40,690 nucleotides of DNA from NCBI RefSeq assembly GCF_003334335.1, contig NZ_QOWQ01000038.1; one strand, written 5' to 3'. The stretch is from Escherichia coli. GTDB taxonomy: Bacteria > Pseudomonadota > Gammaproteobacteria > Enterobacterales > Enterobacteriaceae. Numbering within the stretch: position 1 is the first letter of the stretch; every line of letters starts with the position of its first letter. A program made the position numbers and the translations under genes. The notes below the pieces were generated by a model that had not been told where the DNA came from, did not search any database, and saw only the letters and a program-made list of their open reading frames with translations. Below are positions 20,964 through 32,859 of the stretch, in pieces.

Positions 20964-21163
20964 TTTGTCGCGTCCTGATGGTAGCGCAAAGTGTGCCGTA
21001 GTTCACGATCTCGACAGATAATTTATAACCAATTGATTTTTATGTCTTTTGAAATTCATCAATCAGATTGCTTTGTTAAAAAGTGATCGATATATTTGAA
21101 ATCAAGTTTCGCATATTGAAATTTTAAGCCAAAAAAGCGATCAAAAAAACAAGGAAGCCTGGG
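20964..21163. promoter_or_regulatory. yiaJ / yiaK divergent control region
   Basis: CRP-like site GTGTGccgtagTTCACG around 20990-21007. Three direct TTGAAAT repeats at 21049, 21096 and 21116. Confidence 0.5.
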
Positions 21164-22162
21164 ATGAAAGTGACATTTGAGCAGTTAAAAGCAGCCTTTA
21201 ATCGGGTCTTAATTTCACGCGGCGTTGACAGCGAAACGGCTGACGCCTGTGCAGAGATGTTCGCCCGCACCACCGAATCCGGCGTTTATTCTCACGGCGT
21301 TAATCGTTTCCCTCGTTTCATTCAACAACTGGAAAACGGCGATATCATTCCTGATGCCCAACCCAAACGTATAACCAGCCTCGGCGCAATTGAACAGTGG
21401 GACGCCCAGCGTTCGATCGGTAACCTGACAGCGAAAAAGATGATGGATCGCGCCATTGAACTGGCTGCCGATCACGGTATTGGTCTGGTGGCACTACGTA
21501 ATGCCAACCACTGGATGCGCGGCGGCAGCTACGGCTGGCAGGCGGCGGAAAAAGGCTATATTGGCATTTGCTGGACCAACTCCATCGCCGTAATGCCGCC
21601 GTGGGGCGCAAAAGAGTGTCGCATCGGCACTAACCCGCTGATCGTCGCCATTCCTTCCACGCCGATCACCATGGTCGATATGTCGATGTCGATGTTCTCT
21701 TACGGCATGTTAGAAGTTAACCGTCTGGCAGGTCGTCAGCTCCCGGTCGATGGTGGCTTTGATGATGAGGGCAATTTGACCAAAGAACCTGGCGTTATCG
21801 AGAAGAATCGCCGCATTTTGCCGATGGGCTACTGGAAAGGTTCTGGCATGTCGATTGTGCTGGATATGATCGCTACTCTCCTTTCCGACGGCGCATCCGT
21901 TGCCGAAGTCACCCAGGACAACAGCGACGAATACGGCATTTCACAAATTTTTATTGCCATTGAAGTGGACAAGCTTATCGACGGTCCCACCCGCGATGCC
22001 AAGCTGCAACGCATCATGGATTACGTTACTAGTGCCGAGCGTGCTGACGAAAATCAGGCCATTCGCTTACCCGGCCATGAATTTACTACCCTGCTGGCCG
22101 AAAACCGCCGTAACGGCATCACTGTTGATGACAGCGTGTGGGCCAAAATCCAGGCGTTATGA
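21164..22162 (+). CDS. yiaK: 2,3-diketo-L-gulonate reductase (Ldh2/Mdh2 family NAD(P)H oxidoreductase)
   Basis: 332 aa, recognised as YiaK. Confidence 0.93.
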
Positions 22163-22170
22163 GGAGATAA

Positions 22171-22641
<471 letters not shown>

Positions 22642-22758
22642 TCGAATAATCGTCTACGCCAGAACGCCTGGGTAATGTTATTGCTCTAACTATATTAATA
22701 ATTCAGGTTGCTGCACATGCGACTTGAATTATGACAGACATAGCCTCAAGGAATAGCT

Positions 22759-23232
22759 ATGAAAAAAATACTCGAAGCAATACTGGCGATTAATCTCGCC
22801 GTACTTTCCTGTATTGTATTTATAAACATTATTTTAAGATATGGTTTTCAGACAAGCATTTTATCTGTTGATGAATTGTCACGTTATTTATTTGTCTGGT
22901 TAACGTTTATTGGCGCGATTGTAGCTTTTATGGATAACGCCCACGTTCAGGTCACCTTTCTGGTGGAGAAACTCTCCCCCGCATGGCAGCGACGAGTCGC
23001 TCTGGTTACCCATTCCTTAATCTTATTTATTTGTGGCGCACTGGCCTGGGGCGCAACGCTAAAAACAATTCAGGACTGGAGCGATTATTCACCGATCCTC
23101 GGTTTACCCATCGGCCTGATGTATGCCGCTTGTCTGCCCACCAGCCTCGTTATCGCATTCTTTGAACTGCGTCATTTATATCAACTCATCACGCGTAGCA
23201 ATTCTCTAACGTCGCCACCGCAAGGAGCTTAA
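22759..23232 (+). CDS. yiaM: TRAP transporter small permease subunit (DctQ-like)
   Basis: 157-aa 4-TM protein directly upstream of the large permease. Confidence 0.9.
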
Positions 23233-23234
23233 TC

Positions 23235-24512
23235 ATGGCTGTGCTGATTTTTCTGGGCTGTCTGTTGGGTGGTATTGCTATCGGTTTGCCTATTGCCTGG
23301 GCACTGTTGTTGTGCGGGGCGGCGTTAATGTTCTGGCTGGACATGTTTGATGTCCAGATCATGGCACAAACGCTGGTGAACGGAGTCGATAGCTTCTCCC
23401 TGCTGGCGATTCCGTTCTTTGTGCTGGCGGGTGAAATCATGAATGCGGGCGGCTTGTCAAAACGCATTGTTGACCTGCCGATGAAACTGGTGGGGCATAA
23501 ACCAGGCGGGCTGGGCTACGTCGGCGTGCTGGCAGCTATGATTATGGCGAGCCTTTCTGGTTCTGCCGTTGCGGATACCGCCGCCGTTGCCGCTCTACTG
23601 GTGCCGATGATGCGCAGCGCCAACTATCCGGTCAACCGGGCGGCGGGGCTGATTGCCTCTGGCGGCATTATCGCGCCAATTATTCCCCCTTCCATTCCGT
23701 TTATTATCTTCGGCGTTTCCAGCGGATTATCCATCAGTAAGCTGTTTATGGCGGGCATTGCCCCTGGCATGATGATGGGCGCAACGCTGATGCTTACCTG
23801 GTGGTGGCAGGCCAGTCGCCTTAATTTACCCCGCCAGCAAAAAGCAACGATGCAGGAAATCTGGCACTCTTTTGTCTCCGGTATCTGGGCGCTGTTTCTT
23901 CCAGTCATCATTATTGGCGGGTTTCGCTCCGGTCTGTTTACCCCTACCGAAGCCGGGGCCGTTGCTGCTTTCTATGCGCTGTTTGTCGCCACAGTTATTT
24001 ACCGTGAAATGACCTTCGCCACACTTTGGCATGTACTCATTGGCGCGGCGAAAACCACCTCAGTGGTTATGTTTCTGGTGGCCTCGGCACAAGTTTCCGC
24101 CTGGCTGATTACCATTGCTGAACTGCCGATGATGGTTTCTGATTTACTGCAACCGTTGGTCGATTCACCGCGTCTGCTGTTTATCGTCATTATGGTGGCT
24201 ATCCTGATTGTCGGCATGGTCATGGATTTAACGCCGACGGTATTAATTCTTACCCCGGTATTAATGCCTTTAGTTAAAGAGGCAGGAATCGATCCGATTT
24301 ATTTCGGTGTCATGTTTATCATTAACTGCTCAATCGGCTTAATTACACCGCCTATCGGTAATGTACTTAACGTTATTTCAGGGGTGGCAAAACTCAAATT
24401 CGATGATGCAGTCAGAGGCGTTTTCCCTTACGTCCTGGTTTTATATTCATTATTAGTCGTATTTGTTTTTATTCCCGATCTCATCATCCTCCCTTTGAAA
24501 TGGATTAATTAA
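23235..24512 (+). CDS. yiaN: TRAP transporter large permease subunit (DctM-like)
   Basis: 425-aa polytopic membrane protein. Confidence 0.93.
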   Translation: MAVLIFLGCLLGGIAIGLPIAWALLLCGAALMFWLDMFDVQIMAQTLVNGVDSFSLLAIPFFVLAGEIMNAGGLSKRIVDLPMKLVGHKPGGLGYVGVLAAMIMASLSGSAVADTAAVAALLVPMMRSANYPVNRAAGLIASGGIIAPIIPPSIPFIIFGVSSGLSISKLFMAGIAPGMMMGATLMLTWWWQASRLNLPRQQKATMQEIWHSFVSGIWALFLPVIIIGGFRSGLFTPTEAGAVAAFYALFVATVIYREMTFATLWHVLIGAAKTTSVVMFLVASAQVSAWLITIAELPMMVSDLLQPLVDSPRLLFIVIMVAILIVGMVMDLTPTVLILTPVLMPLVKEAGIDPIYFGVMFIINCSIGLITPPIGNVLNVISGVAKLKFDDAVRGVFPYVLVLYSLLVVFVFIPDLIILPLKWIN

Positions 24513-24524
24513 AAGGAAAATATT

Positions 24525-25511
24525 ATGAAATTACGCTCTGTAACCTACGCATTATTCATTGCTGGCCTGGCTGCATTCAGCACATCTTCTCTGGCGGCAC
24601 AATCTTTACGTTTCGGTTATGAAACATCACAAACCGACTCGCAACATATTGCGGCGAAAAAATTCAATGATTTATTGCAGGAGAGAACCAAAGGCGAGCT
24701 GAAATTAAAACTGTTCCCGGACAGCACTCTCGGTAACGCGCAGGCGATGATCAGCGGCGTACGTGGCGGCACCATCGATATGGAAATGTCCGGCTCGAAT
24801 AACTTTGCCGGGTTATCACCAGTGATGAACTTGCTTGATGTCCCTTTCCTGTTCCGCGATACCGCTCACGCGCATAAAACGCTCGACGGCAAAGTCGGTG
24901 ATGATCTGAAAGCCTCACTTGAAGGTAAAGGACTGAAAGTACTGGCCTACTGGGAAAACGGCTGGCGCGATGTCACCAACTCGCGCGCACCGGTTAAAAC
25001 CCCCGCCGACCTGAAAGGGCTGAAAATCCGCACCAACAATAGCCCGATGAATATCGCCGCATTCAAAGTCTTTGGCGCTAACCCGATCCCGATGCCGTTT
25101 GCCGAAGTCTATACCGGGCTGGAAACCCGCACTATCGACGCTCAGGAACACCCGATCAACGTCGTCTGGTCAGCAAAATTTTTCGAAGTGCAGAAGTTCC
25201 TTTCTCTGACGCACCACGCCTATTCCCCGCTTCTGGTGGTGATCAACAAAGCGAAGTTTGATGGCTTAAGTCCGGAGTTCCAGCAGGCGCTAGTTTCATC
25301 TGCACAAGAAGCGGGTAACTATCAGCGCAAACTGGTTGCTGAAGATCAGCAAAAAATCATCGACGGCATGAAAGAAGCGGGCGTGGAAGTCATCACCGAT
25401 CTCGACCGCAAAGCCTTTAGCGACGCACTGGGGAATCAGGTTCGCGACATGTTTGTTAAAGATGTGCCGCAGGGAGCTGATCTGCTGAAAGCCGTGGATG
25501 AGGTGCAATAA
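24525..25511 (+). CDS. yiaO: TRAP transporter periplasmic solute-binding protein (DctP-like)
   Basis: 328 aa with signal peptide (MKLRSVTYALFIAGLAAFSTSSLAA). Confidence 0.93.
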   Translation: MKLRSVTYALFIAGLAAFSTSSLAAQSLRFGYETSQTDSQHIAAKKFNDLLQERTKGELKLKLFPDSTLGNAQAMISGVRGGTIDMEMSGSNNFAGLSPVMNLLDVPFLFRDTAHAHKTLDGKVGDDLKASLEGKGLKVLAYWENGWRDVTNSRAPVKTPADLKGLKIRTNNSPMNIAAFKVFGANPIPMPFAEVYTGLETRTIDAQEHPINVVWSAKFFEVQKFLSLTHHAYSPLLVVINKAKFDGLSPEFQQALVSSAQEAGNYQRKLVAEDQQKIIDGMKEAGVEVITDLDRKAFSDALGNQVRDMFVKDVPQGADLLKAVDEVQ

Positions 25512-25514
25512 ACC

Positions 25515-27011
25515 ATGACGCAATACTGGCTGGGGTTAGATTGTGGCGGTAGCTGGCTGAAAGCCGGGCTGTATGACCGCGAAGGCCGGGAGGCAGGCGT
25601 GCAGCGCCTGCCGCTGTGCGCATTAAGCCCGCAGCCAGGCTGGGCAGAGCGCGATATGGCAGAACTGTGGCAATGCTGCATGGCTGTCATTCGCGCCCTG
25701 CTTACTCATTCTGGTGTTAGCGGGGAACAAATTGTCGGTATCGGCATCTCCGCACAGGGAAAGGGCTTGTTTTTGCTGGATAAAAACGACAAACCGCTCG
25801 GGAATGCTATTTTGTCCTCGGACCGCCGGGCGATGGAAATCGTTCGTCGCTGGCAGGAAGATGGCATCCCGGAAAAACTCTACCCGCTGACCCGACAAAC
25901 CTTGTGGACCGGGCATCCGGTGTCGCTGTTACGCTGGCTGAAAGAGCACGAACCAGAACGCTACGCGCAAATTGGCTGCATGATGATGACGCACGACTAC
26001 CTGCGCTGGTGTTTAACTGGCGTCAAAGGCTGTGAAGAGAGCAATATTTCCGAGTCCAACCTCTACAACATGAGTCTTGGGGAATATGACCCGTGCCTCA
26101 CCGACTGGCTGGGGATCGCTGAAATCAATCACGCCCTGCCGCCTGTTGTCGGATCTGCCGAAATCTGCGGGGAGATCACCGCTCAGACAGCCGCCCTGAC
26201 CGGTCTGAAAGCGGGTACGCCCGTTGTTGGCGGCCTGTTTGATGTGGTTTCCACCGCACTCTGCGCCGGGATCGAAGACGAATTTACCCTCAATGCGGTG
26301 ATGGGGACCTGGGCGGTGACCAGCGGCATAACCCGCGGTTTACGTGACGGTGAAGCGCATCCGTATGTCTATGGTCGCTACGTTAACGATGGTGAATTTA
26401 TCGTTCACGAAGCCAGCCCTACCTCTTCCGGCAACCTCGAATGGTTTACCGCACAGTGGGGAGAAATCTCGTTTGATGAGATCAATCAGGCCGTTGCCAG
26501 CTTGCCGAAGGCTGGGGGCGATCTCTTTTTCCTGCCGTTCCTGTACGGCAGCAACGCCGGACTCGAGATGACCAGTGGTTTCTACGGGATGCAGGCCATT
26601 CACACCCGCGCGCACCTGTTGCAGGCCATCTATGAAGGGGTGGTGTTCAGCCATATGACCCACCTCAACCGAATGCGCGAACGTTTTACTGATGTTCACA
26701 CCCTACGCGTCACTGGCGGCCCGGCGCACTCCGATGTCTGGATGCAAATGCTGGCGGACGTCAGCGGTCTGCGTATCGAGCTGCCGCAGGTGGAAGAAAC
26801 CGGCTGCTTTGGTGCGGCCCTTGCCGCCCGCGTCGGCACCGGGGTTTATCACAACTTCAGCGAAGCCCAACGTGACTTGCGACACCCGGTGCGCACCCTG
26901 CTGCCAGATATGACCGCCCATCAGCTTTACCAAAAAAAATATCAACGTTATCAGCATCTCATTGCCGCACTTCAGGGCTTTCACGCCCGCATTAAGGAGC
27001 ACACATTATGA
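25515..27011 (+). CDS. lyxK: L-xylulose / 3-keto-L-gulonate kinase (FGGY family)
   Basis: 498 aa, FGGY kinase N-terminus (LGLDCGGSWLKAGLYD). Confidence 0.93.
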   Translation: MTQYWLGLDCGGSWLKAGLYDREGREAGVQRLPLCALSPQPGWAERDMAELWQCCMAVIRALLTHSGVSGEQIVGIGISAQGKGLFLLDKNDKPLGNAILSSDRRAMEIVRRWQEDGIPEKLYPLTRQTLWTGHPVSLLRWLKEHEPERYAQIGCMMMTHDYLRWCLTGVKGCEESNISESNLYNMSLGEYDPCLTDWLGIAEINHALPPVVGSAEICGEITAQTAALTGLKAGTPVVGGLFDVVSTALCAGIEDEFTLNAVMGTWAVTSGITRGLRDGEAHPYVYGRYVNDGEFIVHEASPTSSGNLEWFTAQWGEISFDEINQAVASLPKAGGDLFFLPFLYGSNAGLEMTSGFYGMQAIHTRAHLLQAIYEGVVFSHMTHLNRMRERFTDVHTLRVTGGPAHSDVWMQMLADVSGLRIELPQVEETGCFGAALAARVGTGVYHNFSEAQRDLRHPVRTLLPDMTAHQLYQKKYQRYQHLIAALQGFHARIKEHTL

Positions 27012-27670
27012 GCCGACCACTTCTGCAACTGGCCCTCGACCACTCATCACTTGAAGCCGCGCAGCGCGACGTGACGCTGTTAAAAGACAGCGTCGATATC
27101 GTCGAAGCGGGCACCATTCTCTGTTTAAACGAAGGGCTTGGCGCGGTGAAAGCCTTGCGCGAACAGTGCCCGGACAAAATCATCGTTGCTGACTGGAAGG
27201 TCGCCGACGCTGGTGAAACGCTCGCGCAACAGGCGTTTGGCGCAGGCGCTAACTGGATGACCATCATCTGCGCCGCGCCGCTCGCGACGGTAGAAAAAGG
27301 CCACGCAATGGCACAACGCTGCGGGGGTGAAATTCAGATAGAGCTGTTCGGTAACTGGACGCTGGACGACGCCCGCGACTGGCATCGTATTGGCGTGCGG
27401 CAGGCCATTTATCATCGCGGTCGTGATGCACAGGCCAGCGGGCAACAGTGGGGCGAAGCCGATCTGGCACGCATGAAGGCGCTTTCAGATATCGGCCTTG
27501 AGCTTTCCATTACTGGCGGGATTACCCCTGCTGACCTGCCGCTGTTTAAAGATATCCGCGTGAAAGCGTTTATTGCCGGGCGGGCACTGGCAGGCGCGGC
27601 AAATCCGGCGCAAGTGGCTGGCGATTTCCATGCGCAAATCGACGCTATCTGGGGAGGTGCGCGTGCGTAA
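27008..27670 (+). CDS. sgbH: 3-keto-L-gulonate-6-phosphate decarboxylase (UlaD paralog)
   Basis: 220 aa. Overlaps the lyxK stop by 4 nt. Confidence 0.93.
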   Translation: MSRPLLQLALDHSSLEAAQRDVTLLKDSVDIVEAGTILCLNEGLGAVKALREQCPDKIIVADWKVADAGETLAQQAFGAGANWMTIICAAPLATVEKGHAMAQRCGGEIQIELFGNWTLDDARDWHRIGVRQAIYHRGRDAQASGQQWGEADLARMKALSDIGLELSITGGITPADLPLFKDIRVKAFIAGRALAGAANPAQVAGDFHAQIDAIWGGARA

Positions 27671-28523
27671 TCATCCGTTAGGGATTTATGAAAAAGCGCT
27701 GGCGAAAGATCTCTCCTGGCCGGAGCGGCTGGTGCTGGCAAAAAGCTGCGGTTTTGATTTTGTCGAAATGTCGGTGGATGAAACCGACGAACGGCTCTCA
27801 CGTCTTGACTGGAGCGCCGCACAAAGGACTTCGCTGGTTGCCGCGATGATCGAAACAGGTGTTGGGATCCCGTCGATGTGCCTGTCCGCACATCGTCGCT
27901 TTCCCTTTGGTAGCCGTGACGAGGCAGTGCGCGAACGGGCGCGGGAAATCATGAGTAAAGCGATTCGCCTGGCGCGCGATCTCGGCATTCGCACCATCCA
28001 GCTGGCAGGTTATGACGTCTATTACGAAGACCACGACGAAGGCACCCGGCAACGTTTTGCTGAAGGGCTGGCGTGGGCAGTCGAACAGGCGGCGGCATCA
28101 CAAGTAATGCTGGCGGTGGAGATTATGGATACCGCGTTTATGAACTCCATCAGCAAATGGAAAAAATGGGACGAGATGCTCGCCTCACCGTGGTTCACCG
28201 TCTACCCGGACGTCGGCAACCTCAGCGCCTGGGGCAATGATGTTCCCGCCGAACTGAAACTGGGCATTGACCGTATCGCCGCGATCCACCTGAAAGACAC
28301 CCAGCCAGTCACCGGGCAAAGTCCCGGACAGTTCCGCGACGTGCCGTTTGGCGAAGGCTGCGTCGATTTCGTTGGCATCTTCAAAACGCTGCATAAACTG
28401 AACTATCGCGGTTCTTTCCTGATTGAGATGTGGACCGAAAAAGCCAAAGAGCCGGTGCTGGAGATTATTCAGGCGCGGCGTTGGATTGAAGCGCGTATGC
28501 AGGAGGCTGGATTTATATGTTAG
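27663..28523 (+). CDS. sgbU: L-xylulose-5-phosphate 3-epimerase (UlaE paralog)
   Basis: ORF-track frame 27573..28523. Start placed at GTG 27663 ([13 protein letters not shown]...), giving 286 aa, overlapping the sgbH stop by 8 nt. Confidence 0.88.
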   Translation: MRNHPLGIYEKALAKDLSWPERLVLAKSCGFDFVEMSVDETDERLSRLDWSAAQRTSLVAAMIETGVGIPSMCLSAHRRFPFGSRDEAVRERAREIMSKAIRLARDLGIRTIQLAGYDVYYEDHDEGTRQRFAEGLAWAVEQAAASQVMLAVEIMDTAFMNSISKWKKWDEMLASPWFTVYPDVGNLSAWGNDVPAELKLGIDRIAAIHLKDTQPVTGQSPGQFRDVPFGEGCVDFVGIFKTLHKLNYRGSFLIEMWTEKAKEPVLEIIQARRWIEARMQEAGFIC

Positions 28524-29212
28524 AGCAACTGAAAGCCGACGTGCTGGCGGCGAATCTGGCGCTTCCCGCTCACCATCTGGTGACGTTCACCTGGGGCAAT
28601 GTCAGCGCGGTAGACGAAACGCGGCAATGGATGGTAATCAAACCTTCCGGCGTCGAGTACGACGTGATGACCGCCGACGATATGGTGGTGGTTGAGATAG
28701 CCAGCGGTAAGGTGGTGGAAGGCAGCAAAAAACCCTCTTCCGATACACCAACGCATCTGGCGCTCTACCGTCGCTATGCCGAAATTGGCGGTATTGTGCA
28801 TACCCACTCGCGCCACGCCACCATCTGGTCACAGGCCGGGCTGGATCTCCCCGCCTGGGGCACCACCCACGCCGATTATTTTTACGGTGCCATCCCCTGC
28901 ACGCGACAGATGACCGCAGAGGAGATTAACGGCGAATATGAATATCAGACCGGCGAAGTGATCATTGAAACCTTCGAAGAACGTGGCAGGAGTCCGGCAC
29001 AAATCCCGGCGGTGCTGGTGCATTCTCACGGCCCGTTCGCATGGGGTAAAAACGCCGCCGATGCCGTGCATAACGCCGTAGTACTCGAAGAATGCGCCTA
29101 TATGGGTCTATTCTCGCGCCAGCTTGCGCCGCAGCTCCCTGCGATGCAAAACGAACTGCTGGATAAGCACTACCTGCGTAAGCATGGGGCCAATGCCTAT
29201 TACGGGCAGTAA
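28517..29212 (+). CDS. sgbE: L-ribulose-5-phosphate 4-epimerase (AraD/UlaF paralog)
   Basis: 231-aa class II aldolase/epimerase. Overlaps the sgbU stop by 7 nt. Confidence 0.93.
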
Positions 29213-29220
29213 TCCCTCAC

Positions 29221-29242
29221 GCCGGGGCTTCATCGCCCCGGC
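29221..29242 (+). terminator. Operon-end hairpin after sgbE
   Basis: Perfect 8-bp GC stem gccggggc-ttcatc-gccccggc, 9 nt after the sgbE stop. Not followed by a strong U-tract. Confidence 0.45.
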
Positions 29243-29558
29243 ACTACGAATTGATATGTTCCTTGCTGTAACGCCGCTTCCACGCTGCTGGCGTTAAACC
29301 AGTATGTTTCTGAAAAATCTGCCGGAAATAGCCAACGTCATTAAACCGTATTGCATGGAGCAGGCCGACAACGTCGAGTCACTGCATAACCTGTTGCTGC
29401 CCGCCGATGCGCCATTTACGACATTTGAAGGCAAGGGATTGTTCAGCCATAAGATCCTGATTCAGACGCCAGGTTCCCGGTATGAACAGAGCAATCCAGA
29501 GCAACAACCTTTGTGGCATTACGACGGAGCACCAGCCGCACCGACATCCACCGGTGAA

Positions 29559-30299
29559 TTAAAAACGCCAGCTCACCCCGGTGACAAAGGTAAAACTCTC
29601 ATTACGATCAATCATCGGGCTGTCGGTAATCTCTTCCGGCAGCTCGCTGTATCCTGCGCTCGCCATCAATACGACGTGCTCTCCTATCGGGTATTTTGCC
29701 GTCAGGCTGACATAGGGCACCCAGGCATCCTGCGCGGAATAACTTGCCAGACCGCTACGACGGGACTCACTCTCTGAAATGCCATAGTAATAGTCACTGA
29801 AATTCTCGTCATAATAGAGAACGCCCAGCGCAGGTGTCAGCGACAGACGACCTATCTGCATTTTGTGGAATACCGATAGCTCCCCCACCCAGCCGTTGCT
29901 GTTATCCAGAACGTCCGCAGCTGCAGAGGCTTTCACGGTTCCCCAACGCTCGTGGTGATACCAGGCAACCCCCGCCATAGCCGTACTATCACGCTTATCA
30001 AGCTGTTGCATGGCATAATCGTCATTATCGGTAGGGTCAAATTCCAGCGGCATCCAGGATGCGGTCAGGCTAAGTTCATTTTTTTCACTTTGCGACAGAA
30101 TAAAACCTAACGTGGTCTGACGAACATAAAAAGTATCACCTTCATAACTAATCAGCGGAATTGCCTTCGTATTTTCATTATAACCGCGATAAGGCGATTC
30201 ATTATAAGCCGCACCAGCACCAATGGATAATTCAGAAGCAGTTGCGCTTGCCATAAAAGGCAACGCAAATAACGCCACAATATTGCGATTAATTAACAT
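29559..30299 (-). CDS. yiaT: MipA/OmpV-family outer membrane protein
   Basis: 246 aa, signal peptide (MLINRNIVALFALPFMASA), beta-barrel-like alternating pattern, C-terminal aromatic residue (..SWRF). Confidence 0.88.
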   Translation of the reverse strand: MLINRNIVALFALPFMASATASELSIGAGAAYNESPYRGYNENTKAIPLISYEGDTFYVRQTTLGFILSQSEKNELSLTASWMPLEFDPTDNDDYAMQQLDKRDSTAMAGVAWYHHERWGTVKASAAADVLDNSNGWVGELSVFHKMQIGRLSLTPALGVLYYDENFSDYYYGISESESRRSGLASYSAQDAWVPYVSLTAKYPIGEHVVLMASAGYSELPEEITDSPMIDRNESFTFVTGVSWRF

Positions 30300-30422
30300 G
30301 TCCGGTATTCCATTTTAAAATAAGATAAAAAAGAGTCGGCATAATAATGCTTACAATTTCTCCGGTGCAAGATTCATATTTATATAGTAATATATAAAAT
30401 TATATATAATTGGGCTGTTGCG

Positions 30423-31397
30423 ATGACAAAATTACAACTTAAGTACCGGGAGTTAAAAATTATCTCGGTAATCGCTGCCAGTGAAAATATCAGCCATGCC
30501 GCGACTGTACTTGGCATCGCACAGGCCAACGTCAGCAAATATCTTGCTGATTTTGAATCAAAAGTGGGTTTAAAAGTCTTTGACCGAACCACCCGGCAGC
30601 TGATGCTCACACCTTTTGGCACCGCGCTGTTACCGTACATCAACGACATGCTGGACAGAAACGAGCAACTTAATAATTTTATTGCAGATTATAAGCATGA
30701 GAAACGTGGTCGGGTCACCATCTACGCCCCAACCGGCATAATTACCTATTTATCCAAACATGTAATCGATAAAATTAAAGATATCGGTGATATCACCTTA
30801 TCGCTAAAAACCTGCAATCTTGAGCGTAATGCCTTTTATGAAGGCGTCGAATTTCCTGATGATTGTGATGTTTTAATCAGCTACGCTCCACCAAAAGATG
30901 AATCGCTGGTTGCCAGTTTTATTACCCAATATGCCGTAACCGCTTATGCCAGCCAGCGCTATCTTGAGAAACATCCCATTAGCCGTCCTGACGAACTCGA
31001 ACATCACTCCTGTATTTTGATCGACTCGATGATGATCGACGACGCGAATATCTGGCGCTTCAACGTCGCCGGGAGTAAAGAGGTGCGGGATTATCGCGTG
31101 AAGGGAAATTACGTTTGCGACAACACGCAATCTGCGCTGGAGCTGGCACGAAATCACCTGGGGATTGTGTTTGCGCCAGACAAAAGTGTGCAGAGCGACC
31201 TGCAAGACGGCACGCTGGTGCCCTGCTTTCAGCAACCCTATGAATGGTGGCTGGATCTGGTGGCTATCTTCCGTAAACGGGAATACCAGCCCTGGCGGGT
31301 CCAGTATGTGCTGGATGAAATGCTGCGTGAAATTCGCCACCAGCTTGCTCAGTCGCAGCAACTGCGGCCTGAACAAGCGGCGGAAAGCGAAGATTAA
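30423..31397 (+). CDS. yiaU: LysR-type transcriptional regulator
   Basis: 324 aa, N-terminal LysR HTH ([28 protein letters not shown]). Divergent from yiaT. Stop codon overlaps the yiaV stop. Confidence 0.9.
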   Translation: MTKLQLKYRELKIISVIAASENISHAATVLGIAQANVSKYLADFESKVGLKVFDRTTRQLMLTPFGTALLPYINDMLDRNEQLNNFIADYKHEKRGRVTIYAPTGIITYLSKHVIDKIKDIGDITLSLKTCNLERNAFYEGVEFPDDCDVLISYAPPKDESLVASFITQYAVTAYASQRYLEKHPISRPDELEHHSCILIDSMMIDDANIWRFNVAGSKEVRDYRVKGNYVCDNTQSALELARNHLGIVFAPDKSVQSDLQDGTLVPCFQQPYEWWLDLVAIFRKREYQPWRVQYVLDEMLREIRHQLAQSQQLRPEQAAESED

Positions 31398-32530
31398 TGA
31401 TCGAGATAAAGGTAATGCACCCAGCTGTTCATGCGTAATAGCACTTTGCGCATCACCGAGACATGGCTGAAATGATCAGAGTAAACCGCCACCTGGGCGT
31501 AAATACCGTCTGGTAAAGCGCTCAAATCAGTGTGCTCATCCAGTTCAATGGTCGCGATAACGCCATCTGAACCCGGCGCTGTGTTTAACGTCTGTAAGGT
31601 GCCGGTCGACTGATAAGCTCCGCCGGGAACGGCTGGACTAATGGCTGCCAGCTTACCGCTGAATACCTTACCTGGCAGAGCATTAAACACCACTTCCGCA
31701 TCGTCGCCAGGAGCCAGTCGCAGCAAGGAGTTCTGACGGAACTGCGCCACGATTTGTCGTTTCTGATCGGGTATAAACACCATCACCGGACGTAGCGGCA
31801 GCGACGCGGCATAGGTACCCGGACGAATCAGTACCTGGGTCACATAACCATCGCTCGGCGCACGCACTATCGTCTGCTCAAGGTTATATTTTGCTTCCGC
31901 GAGCTGTGCTTTCAGGCTGGCGATTTGAGAATGTTCACCCAACACCAGGCTATCCAGCTGGCTCTGGATCTGTTTTTGTTCCGCCGCCGATGACTTCACG
32001 GAGGCTTCCTGCGCCAGATAATTTTGCCGCGCCACATCGATATCGCGTTCTGAAAACGGGTTTACTTTCGCCTGGCTGCCACGTGCGTAACGCTGATACT
32101 CTTTAGCGAATTTATCCCGCGTGGCCTTTGCCTGCTGAGTATTCGCCGCCATCTCATCTAACTCTGCGCCCAACGCCCGCTGTTTATGTTCTGCGGTAAC
32201 GATATCCGCCATCAGCCGATCCACCCGCGCCTGATAACGCGTCGGGTCCAGTCGAAATAGCACCTCACCTTTTTTAATCAGCGTATTTTTCTTATCCGTC
32301 ACTTCAATCACCACACCAGTCACCTGTGGGACAACAGGAATAGAAATAACCGCTTTTTGCGCTTTAAAGGTATACGGATGGTTATAGTTCATTAACAGAA
32401 TTAGACCGCTGACAATAAATATTCCACCCAGGGCCGCTGTGGGAATGGTCCATTTATTTACGGGAATTTTGAAGATCTTAAACATTGCCCATGCAAAAGC
32501 CACATAGGTCAAAATAATCAGTAAATCCAT
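31394..32530 (-). CDS. yiaV: HlyD/EmrA-family membrane fusion (periplasmic adaptor) protein
   Basis: 378 aa: N-terminal TM helix, long coiled-coil segment ([32 protein letters not shown]...), C-terminal beta domain. Confidence 0.9.
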   Translation of the reverse strand: MDLLIILTYVAFAWAMFKIFKIPVNKWTIPTAALGGIFIVSGLILLMNYNHPYTFKAQKAVISIPVVPQVTGVVIEVTDKKNTLIKKGEVLFRLDPTRYQARVDRLMADIVTAEHKQRALGAELDEMAANTQQAKATRDKFAKEYQRYARGSQAKVNPFSERDIDVARQNYLAQEASVKSSAAEQKQIQSQLDSLVLGEHSQIASLKAQLAEAKYNLEQTIVRAPSDGYVTQVLIRPGTYAASLPLRPVMVFIPDQKRQIVAQFRQNSLLRLAPGDDAEVVFNALPGKVFSGKLAAISPAVPGGAYQSTGTLQTLNTAPGSDGVIATIELDEHTDLSALPDGIYAQVAVYSDHFSHVSVMRKVLLRMNSWVHYLYLDH

Positions 32531-32535
32531 AAGTA

Positions 32536-32859
32536 TTACTCGGCAGAAGAGGATTTGATGTCGGCGAGCTGTTTCTCCAGCCCGGCAATGCGCTGTTGCA
32601 GTTGCATAACGGATGAATCATGGCTTTGCATTCCCCATCCCCGCTCCGGGCGGTAAAGCGTGGCCCAAATCCACAAAAACGGCCAGATAACATGTAACGT
32701 AAAAAGACTCACCCAACCAGCAACATGAATGGCGTCGGCATGAGGATGATTACGTTTTTTGGCAATCAGGTAGGGAATATCATGTAAAATAATGATCCCA
32801 TAGAAGATCACCAGAAATACAAAAATAAGCACTCCCAGTGCAAAATAGTCCAGGAACAT
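32536..32859 (-). CDS. yiaW: Small inner membrane protein (DUF3302), YiaW
   Basis: ORF-track frame 32536..32889. Start placed at the internal ATG ([10 protein letters not shown]...) preceded by a GAGGG Shine-Dalgarno, giving 107 aa. Lies 5 nt upstream of yiaV. Confidence 0.8.
   Translation of the reverse strand: MFLDYFALGVLIFVFLVIFYGIIILHDIPYLIAKKRNHPHADAIHVAGWVSLFTLHVIWPFLWIWATLYRPERGWGMQSHDSSVMQLQQRIAGLEKQLADIKSSSAE

Noticed and set aside
27412-28052. - strand ORFs (159, 103, 84 aa) within sgbH/sgbU
   Set aside because: Antisense to the tightly overlapping sgbH-sgbU-sgbE coding frames, with no independent support.
29304-29777. 157-aa + strand ORF overlapping the yiaT 3' end
   Set aside because: Its second half is antisense to yiaT and it has no Shine-Dalgarno. 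Only the non-overlapping gap portion is kept as a finding.
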